A DNA stretch of 64,000 nt from Gemmatimonadota bacterium (GTDB lineage: Bacteria; Gemmatimonadota; Gemmatimonadetes; Palauibacterales; Palauibacteraceae), in contig OZ220691.1 of assembly GCA_965116475.1 (NCBI GenBank), positions 1,312,001-1,376,000 of the forward strand, given 5' to 3'. Each line of letters begins with the position of its first letter. Within the stretch, counting starts at the first letter, position 1. This document shows, piece after piece, positions 58,345-64,000 of the stretch. The notes below the pieces were generated by a model. The model saw nothing but the letters and a program-made list of their open reading frames with translations, was not told the DNA's origin and ran no database searches. A program made the translations under genes and the position numbers.

Positions 58345-58749
58345 CTACCAGTACTCGACCTCCAGTCCCTCGACCCGGTGGAAGCTGCGCCGGTCGCGCG
58401 TAGCGACGGCATAACCGTGGTGGACCGCGGTAGCCGCGATGATCAGGTCGTGCGCGCCAATGGGAGCGCCTTGGCGGGCGAGTTGCCCCGCCAGGAGCGC
58501 GTGGACACGAGCGACTTCGAGGTCGAAGGGCAGTGCGGGCAGGACGTCCAGCCACATGTTGGAGGACCGCTCGACCGCCACGCGCCGGGCACCGCGGGCC
58601 GCGTGTACACCCTGGAGGAATTCCGAAACCGTGATGGCGGCCATCGCCAGTGGAGTACCGGTATCCTGCGCGCCGCCGAGGATCCGATCAACGTCCAGTT
58701 CCCCCCGTTCGACGGCGATCAGGACGCTGGCATCGATTAGCGTTCCCAC
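58345..58749 (-). CDS. vapC: VapC PIN toxin
   Basis: LIDASVLI, ITVSEFLQG, IGAHDLIIAATA, VATRD..SF.RVEGL. Confidence 0.92.
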   Translation of the reverse strand: MGTLIDASVLIAVERGELDVDRILGGAQDTGTPLAMAAITVSEFLQGVHAARGARRVAVERSSNMWLDVLPALPFDLEVARVHALLAGQLARQGAPIGAHDLIIAATAVHHGYAVATRDRRSFHRVEGLEVEYW

Positions 58750-59042
58750 GGATTCCGGGGTACCTCCTCACGGTTCCAGATCGCGATACCCTCTTCGATG
58801 GCTCGCAGGCACTCCTCATCCAGGGGAGGCCAGGGGCGCTTGGCGACGAGGGCGGCGAACTCCTTCAAGGTGAACGTTCGATCTTCCTCGGGGCCGATCC
58901 GCGCGACAGCTTTGCCGCGGTGTTCCACGACGTACTCGGCGGCCTGCTCACGCACCTCCGTGAGGATCGATCCGAAGTTCTTCGCCGCCTCCGTTGCGCT
59001 CACCCTCCGCGCATCCGGAGACGCATCTCGTGTATTGGGCAT
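58737..59042 (-). CDS. Phd/YefM family antitoxin
   Basis: VSATEAAKNFGSIL.EV...VEHRGKAVARI. Confidence 0.85.
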   Translation of the reverse strand: MPNTRDASPDARRVSATEAAKNFGSILTEVREQAAEYVVEHRGKAVARIGPEEDRTFTLKEFAALVAKRPWPPLDEECLRAIEEGIAIWNREEVPRNPWER

Positions 59043-59052
59043 GGGACGAAGA

Positions 59053-59085
59053 TGCGGAAATTACGGAATATCCGCAATCATGATA
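59053..59085 (-). promoter_or_regulatory. Operator/-10 of phd-vapC
   Basis: TGCGGA-N12-TCCGCA at 59053-59076; TATCAT on minus strand at 59080-59085. Confidence 0.55.
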
Positions 59086-59126
59086 CAGCCAAACCCAGGC
59101 GGAGCGTGGAGCCCGGACGGCGCTGG

Positions 59127-60680
59127 TCAGCGGTTCGTGGGGAAGCCCAGGTCGACGCGGCTGCCGGCCGGGTCGGGCCAGCGCGTCGTCATCACCTTCG
59201 GTTTCGTGTAGAAGTGGACGCCTTCCGGGCCGTAGATGCCGTGGGCGCCGAACGCCGATTCCTTCCACCCGCCGAAGGAGTGGTATCCCACCGGCACCGG
59301 GATCGGGACGTTGAGGCCGACCATGCCGGCGTCCGCATCCTCCTGGAACTGCCGCGCGGCGCCTCCGTCGCGCGTGAAGATCGCGGCCCCGTTCCCCCAG
59401 GGATTGTCCCGCAACAGGTCGACCGCTTCGTGGTACGTCCCCACGCGCACGACGCAGAGTACGGGACCGAAGATCTCGTCCCGGTAGACCATCATTTCGG
59501 GCGTCACGCCGTCGAGGAGGGTGACGCCGAGGAAGAAGCCGTCGCCCTCGAAGCGCGCCTCGCGGCCGTCGACGACGACGCGCGCTCCGGCGTCGGCGCC
59601 CTGGCGCACGTAGTCCGCGACGCGGTCGCGGTGCTCGGCCGTGATGAGCGGGCCCATCTCGGAGGCGGGATCGTCGCCGGGGCCGATGCGCAGCTTTTCC
59701 ATGCGGGCGCGGATCGCGTCGACGAGCGGATCGGCGCTGTCGCCGACCGCGACCGCGACGGAGATCGCCATGCACCGCTCGCCGGCCGATCCGTACGCGG
59801 CGGAGACGGCGGAGTCCGCGGCGAGGTCGATGTCCGCGTCGGGCAGCACGACCATGTGGTTCTTGGCTCCGCCGAGCGCCTGCACGCGCTTCCCTTGCGC
59901 GGTGGCGGTCTCGTACACGTGACGGGCGACCGGCGTCGATCCCACGAAGCTGACGGCCTGTACGTGGGGGTGTTCGAGCAGCCGGTTCACGGCCACGTGG
60001 TCGCCATGCACGACGTTCAGGACGCCCGCCGGGAAGCCGGCTTCGTGGAAGAGTTCCGCGATGAGGTTGGCGGCGCTCGGATCGCGCGGTGAGGGTTTCA
60101 GCACGAACGTGTTCCCGCACGCGACCGCGTTCGGGAACATCCAGAGCGGCACCATGGCCGGAAAGTTGAACGGCGTGATCCCCGCCACGACCCCGAGCGG
60201 CCGCCGGACGGAATAGACGTCGACACCCGTGGACGCCTGCTCGCTGTACGTCCCCTTCAGGTATTCGGCGAGGCCGCAGGCGTATTCGATGTTCTCCAGC
60301 CCGCGGGCGACCTCGCCCAGCGCGTCGGCCAGCACCTTGCCGTGCTCGGCCGTGAGCCGCTTCGCGATTTCTTCGGCATTCTCCGCGACCAGGTTGCGGT
60401 ACGCGAACATGAGCTTCGTGCGCCGCGCGACGCTGACGCCCCGCCACTCTTCGAACGCTGCCGCGGCCGTCGCGACGGCTTCGTCCACCTCCCCGGCCCC
60501 CGCCAGCGGCAGTTCGCCCGTCCGGCGTCCCGTGGCCGGATTGAAGACCGGCGCCGTCCGCCCCGAAGCGCCGGGGTCGGCCCGGCCGCCGATCAGGTGC
60601 GGGATGGGCGCGACCGGCGGCGGCGCGGCGTCTCCGGCGGCCTCCCCCGCGGCCGGGGTCGAAGACAGTACGGTACTCAT
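59127..60680 (-). CDS. mmsA: CoA-acylating methylmalonate-semialdehyde dehydrogenase
   Basis: ITPFNFPAMVPLW, SFVGSTPV, GGAKNH, GSAGERCMA, NVPIPVP, FGGWK.S. Confidence 0.92.
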   Translation of the reverse strand: MSTVLSSTPAAGEAAGDAAPPPVAPIPHLIGGRADPGASGRTAPVFNPATGRRTGELPLAGAGEVDEAVATAAAAFEEWRGVSVARRTKLMFAYRNLVAENAEEIAKRLTAEHGKVLADALGEVARGLENIEYACGLAEYLKGTYSEQASTGVDVYSVRRPLGVVAGITPFNFPAMVPLWMFPNAVACGNTFVLKPSPRDPSAANLIAELFHEAGFPAGVLNVVHGDHVAVNRLLEHPHVQAVSFVGSTPVARHVYETATAQGKRVQALGGAKNHMVVLPDADIDLAADSAVSAAYGSAGERCMAISVAVAVGDSADPLVDAIRARMEKLRIGPGDDPASEMGPLITAEHRDRVADYVRQGADAGARVVVDGREARFEGDGFFLGVTLLDGVTPEMMVYRDEIFGPVLCVVRVGTYHEAVDLLRDNPWGNGAAIFTRDGGAARQFQEDADAGMVGLNVPIPVPVGYHSFGGWKESAFGAHGIYGPEGVHFYTKPKVMTTRWPDPAGSRVDLGFPTNR

Positions 60681-62113
60681 TTCGCCCCCTCGTGGTAGCC
60701 GAGGATCGCCTTCACCTCGAGGAACTCCTCGAGTCCGTGGCGGCCCCACTCGCGCCCGTTGCCGGACTGCTTGTAACCGCCGAACGGCACCCGGAAATCC
60801 GGACGCGCGCCGTTCAGGTTCACCTGGCCCGACCGGATCCGGCGTGCGACGGCCCGTCCGCGTTCGCGGTCTCCCGCCGACACGTAGCCGGCCAGACCGT
60901 AGAGCGTGTCGTTCGCGATGCGAACGGCGTCATCATCGTCCTCGTATCCGATGAGCACGAGCACCGGGCCGAAGATTTCCTCGCGCGCGACGACCATCTC
61001 GTTGTTCACGTGCGAGAAGACCGTCGGCCGGACGTAGTACCCCCGCTCCAGTCCCTCCGGCCGGCCGGGGCCGCCCGTCGCGAGGCGCGCCCCCTCCTCG
61101 ATCCCCCGCTCGATCAGCTGCTGGATCCTGTCGAACTGCGCGTCGGACACCGCCGGGCCGATCGTCGTCGCCTCGGCGCCCGGATCCCCGACCACGACCT
61201 TCCCGGCCGCCGCCGCCGCGATCTTCGCGGCCTCATCCATGCGCGAATGCGGCACGAGCATGCGCGTCGGCGCGTTGCAGGACTGTCCCGTGTTGTTGCA
61301 GACGGCGAAGACGCCCCGGGACACCGCCCGCCCGAAGTCGGCGTCGTCCAGGATGATGTTGGCCGACTTGCCGCCCAGTTCCTGGGCCACGCGCTTCACC
61401 GTGGGCGCCGCGTTACGGGCCACCTCTACCCCGGCCCGCGTGGAACCCGTGAAGGAAACCATGTCCACGTCGGGGTGCGACGACAGCGCCGCGCCCACCA
61501 CCGGACCGGCGCCGTTCACGAGGTTGAAGACGCCCGGCGGCACGCCGGCCTCATCCAGGATTTCCGTGAAGATCAGCGCGTTCAGCGGCGCGACCTCCGA
61601 CGGCTTGAGCACCATCGTGCACCCCGCCGCGAGCGCCGGCGCCACCTTGCAGGCGATCTGGTTCAGCGGCCAGTTCCACGGCGTGATGAACGCGCACACC
61701 CCCACCGGCTCACGCACCAGCAGCGAAGTCCCGAGGTCCGTCTCGAATTCGAAGCCCGCGAGGATCTTCGTCATGGTCCGGAAGTGGGCCATGCCCGACG
61801 GGACCTGCGCCTGCGCGGCGAGGGCCATCGGCGCGCCCATCTCCGCGCTGACCGTCGCGGCCAGCTCCGCGGAACGGGCCGCGTAGACCTCGCAGATACG
61901 CTCGAGCAGCGCGACCCGTTCTTCCCGGCTCGTCTGCGAGAACGAGTCGAAAGCGGCTTTCGCGGCGGCCACGGCGGCGGCCACGTCGGCCGGCCCGCCC
62001 ATCGCGATGGCCCCGATGACTTCCTCGGTGGCCGGGTTCACCACGTCCAGCGTCTCGTCGGCCATCGGTTCGACCCACGCGCCGTCCATATGGAATTTGC
62101 GGAGGTTCTCCAC
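60677..62113 (-). CDS. Aldehyde dehydrogenase family protein
   Basis: ITPWNWP, FTGS, ELGGKS, GQSCNAP, EEIFGP, PFGGYKQSG. Confidence 0.93.
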   Translation of the reverse strand: MENLRKFHMDGAWVEPMADETLDVVNPATEEVIGAIAMGGPADVAAAVAAAKAAFDSFSQTSREERVALLERICEVYAARSAELAATVSAEMGAPMALAAQAQVPSGMAHFRTMTKILAGFEFETDLGTSLLVREPVGVCAFITPWNWPLNQIACKVAPALAAGCTMVLKPSEVAPLNALIFTEILDEAGVPPGVFNLVNGAGPVVGAALSSHPDVDMVSFTGSTRAGVEVARNAAPTVKRVAQELGGKSANIILDDADFGRAVSRGVFAVCNNTGQSCNAPTRMLVPHSRMDEAAKIAAAAAGKVVVGDPGAEATTIGPAVSDAQFDRIQQLIERGIEEGARLATGGPGRPEGLERGYYVRPTVFSHVNNEMVVAREEIFGPVLVLIGYEDDDDAVRIANDTLYGLAGYVSAGDRERGRAVARRIRSGQVNLNGARPDFRVPFGGYKQSGNGREWGRHGLEEFLEVKAILGYHEGAK

Positions 62114-62168
62114 GGATCCCCTTTCCCGTGCCGCGCGCCGCGGCGTCATGATGTTCCCTGTGAAATGA

Positions 62169-62209
62169 CGACCCCGGCGGGGGGCTGCCTTCGCCTCCCG
62201 CCGGGGTCG
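62169..62209 (-). terminator. Strong hairpin downstream of TonB receptor gene
   Basis: CGACCCCGGCGGG...CCCGCCGGGGTCG stem; weak U tail. Confidence 0.6.
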
Positions 62210-62276
62210 ATCCTACCCACCGGGCTCGTCCTCGACTACCGGCGACCCCGGGTTCCGTCCGACTACGCTTCGGAAC

Positions 62277-64000
62277 TCACCCTGTGAGCCACGACCACCG
62301 GTAGTTCACGCGAACGTAGTAGTAGCCGCCGTTGAAGCCGAACGGCGAGCTCTCCGGATAGAGCAGACCCACGTTGTCGGCCGTGTCCGGATCCTGCGTC
62401 TCCGGATACGTGTCGAACAGGTTGTTCGCGCCGATCGTGAGCTCGGCATCGTCCGTGATGTCGGTCGACAACTCGAAGTCGACGAGGAACCGGCCCGGGA
62501 AGGCCGTGCCCTCGACGCCGCCGATCACCACGCCGCCGACATCCACCCACGAGTCGTACCAGGTACCGCGCACGAGGCCGCGCACCCCGCCCAGCGTGTG
62601 CAGGACGTTGAGCGAACCCCGCCACGAGGGGATGGACTGCTCGAGCTGGTCCACCCGGTCCTGGTCGATGACGTCAGGGTTGAAATCGGTGACCGACGTG
62701 CCGTTGTAGTTGAAGAGCGCGCTGAAGCTCGTCGAGCCGCCCATCGACGGAGGCGTGTAGTTCGCCACGATGTCGAGCCCCTGCGTCCTCGTGCTGAAGT
62801 CGTTCGTGAAGAACCGGAACTCGGCGAGGTTCGCCGCGCTCGTGATCCCCTCGCCCAGCAGTCGCGTGACCTCATCGTCGGTGAGCGAGAACGTCTGCGT
62901 CTGCGCGAAGCGGTCCGAGATCGCGATCCGGTAGTAGTCCACCGTCAGCTTGAACGCGTCCGCGTCGAACACCGTCCCGGCGGTCAGGCTGAACGCCTTC
63001 TCGGGCGTCAGCTGCCGCCCGCCTCGAAGGGCCGCCACGGCCGATGTCGACGGGATCGTGCCGCGGTTGACGAGGTCGCCGATCGTCGCGTCGAACACCG
63101 TCGACACGTTGAAGGCGTTCTGCTGCCCCGGCGTCGGGGCGCGGAAGCCGGTGCTCCCGCCGGCGCGCAGGGCGACCCGGTCGCTGACCTCGAGGCGGCC
63201 CGAGACCTTCCCCGTCACCTGGCTTCCGAAGTCGGAGAAGTCCTCCCAGCGCAACGCGGCGCCGAGCGTCCACGGGTCTTCGCTGCCGCCCAGGTGAATG
63301 TCTCCGTAGATCGCCACGTTCTGGCGGTCCCAGTCTCCCGCGGCGATCGGGCTGAAGCCCGGGAAGCCGTTGGAGGACGAGCTGAAGCCCTGCGCGGCGT
63401 AGGGCCCGATCTTCCACGATTCGTCCTGCCCCTGCCCGATCGTGAAGCGCTCTTCCCGCCGCTCAAGGCCGCCGGCGAGGTGGACCTGGTCGCTGGCGTC
63501 GTATGCGACATCGAAGTTCAGGTTGAACTCATCCTGCCGGTACAGGCCCGGGTCGAAATGCGTGGGCGTCTCCGGCCCGAGCGCCGCGTTCACCGTGTTG
63601 TAGATGAAGAAGTCGGCGGTGTGGCTGCCGAACCCGGCGCTGGCGTCCCACGTAAAGCCGTCCTCGTTGCCGCCCTTGACGCCGCTGACGACAGACCAGT
63701 CGGTGACGTTGCCGCCGAACTGGGGCGTAAAGCCGCCGGGGAACATCTCCTGGAACGAGAAGCAGTTCGGATCGGCGAAGACCTGCGCCAGCGCCACCGG
63801 GTCCGGCACATGGTTGGTGATGGGAACCTCGGGGCAGTTCGCCGATCCGAGACCCTTCGCCATCAGCACGTCGCCGATGAGGAGCGACTCCCCGCCGTCA
63901 CCGCTGAACACCGCGCCACGCGTGTTCGGATTACGGAAGAAGAACCCGCCGTCGACCTCCTTGGTGGAGAGGTTTCCGAACGCGTAGAACTGCTCGTCGT
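62277..64000 (-). CDS. TonB-dependent receptor, C-terminal part (runs off the window edge)
   Basis: R.EDFSDFG, STGFRAPT, L.PEK, GANNLFDTYP, SPFGFNGGYYYVR. Confidence 0.88.
   Translation of the reverse strand, partial: DEQFYAFGNLSTKEVDGGFFFRNPNTRGAVFSGDGGESLLIGDVLMAKGLGSANCPEVPITNHVPDPVALAQVFADPNCFSFQEMFPGGFTPQFGGNVTDWSVVSGVKGGNEDGFTWDASAGFGSHTADFFIYNTVNAALGPETPTHFDPGLYRQDEFNLNFDVAYDASDQVHLAGGLERREERFTIGQGQDESWKIGPYAAQGFSSSSNGFPGFSPIAAGDWDRQNVAIYGDIHLGGSEDPWTLGAALRWEDFSDFGSQVTGKVSGRLEVSDRVALRAGGSTGFRAPTPGQQNAFNVSTVFDATIGDLVNRGTIPSTSAVAALRGGRQLTPEKAFSLTAGTVFDADAFKLTVDYYRIAISDRFAQTQTFSLTDDEVTRLLGEGITSAANLAEFRFFTNDFSTRTQGLDIVANYTPPSMGGSTSFSALFNYNGTSVTDFNPDVIDQDRVDQLEQSIPSWRGSLNVLHTLGGVRGLVRGTWYDSWVDVGGVVIGGVEGTAFPGRFLVDFELSTDITDDAELTIGANNLFDTYPETQDPDTADNVGLLYPESSPFGFNGGYYYVRVNYRWSWLTG

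Noticed and set aside
1..64000. Many long overlapping ORFs in the six-frame track (e.g. 44084-47536+, 41140-44346+, 54408-57173-)
   Set aside because: Antisense or frame shadows of recognisable genes in high-GC DNA; Arg/Pro/Gly-rich with no motifs

Overview
High-GC bacterial chromosomal window; the gene content suggests a Gemmatimonadota-like organism, possibly a marine host-associated one (inference, not testable here). The backbone carries peptidases, an aminotransferase, an RND permease, purine uptake/salvage genes, addAB, phosphoesterases, two aldehyde dehydrogenases, a partial TonB receptor and a lone tRNA-Ala(TGC). Accessory material includes five toxin-antitoxin pairs, two Fic genes and a patchwork of secreted-protein genes (Ig-like, MORN-repeat, FGE/CLec) next to the tRNA 3' end. 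Best leads: (1) two inverted copies of a ~1.6-kb DUF222/HNH element with an identical non-coding leader, and a parS/NBS-shaped palindrome (CGTTCCCGCGGGAACG) found in the leader, in-frame inside the ORF and once alone; (2) an FGE-domain gene whose 3' end looks like a diversity-generating retroelement (DGR) variable region, with no RT or template in the window; (3) a 10-bp-phased array of TCAC sites upstream of a Fic gene; (4) a repeated ~28-bp box linking a LuxR-type regulator to secreted-protein genes; (5) an apparently circularly permuted PafA-like phosphatase. All family calls come from recognising motifs by eye, not from database searches.
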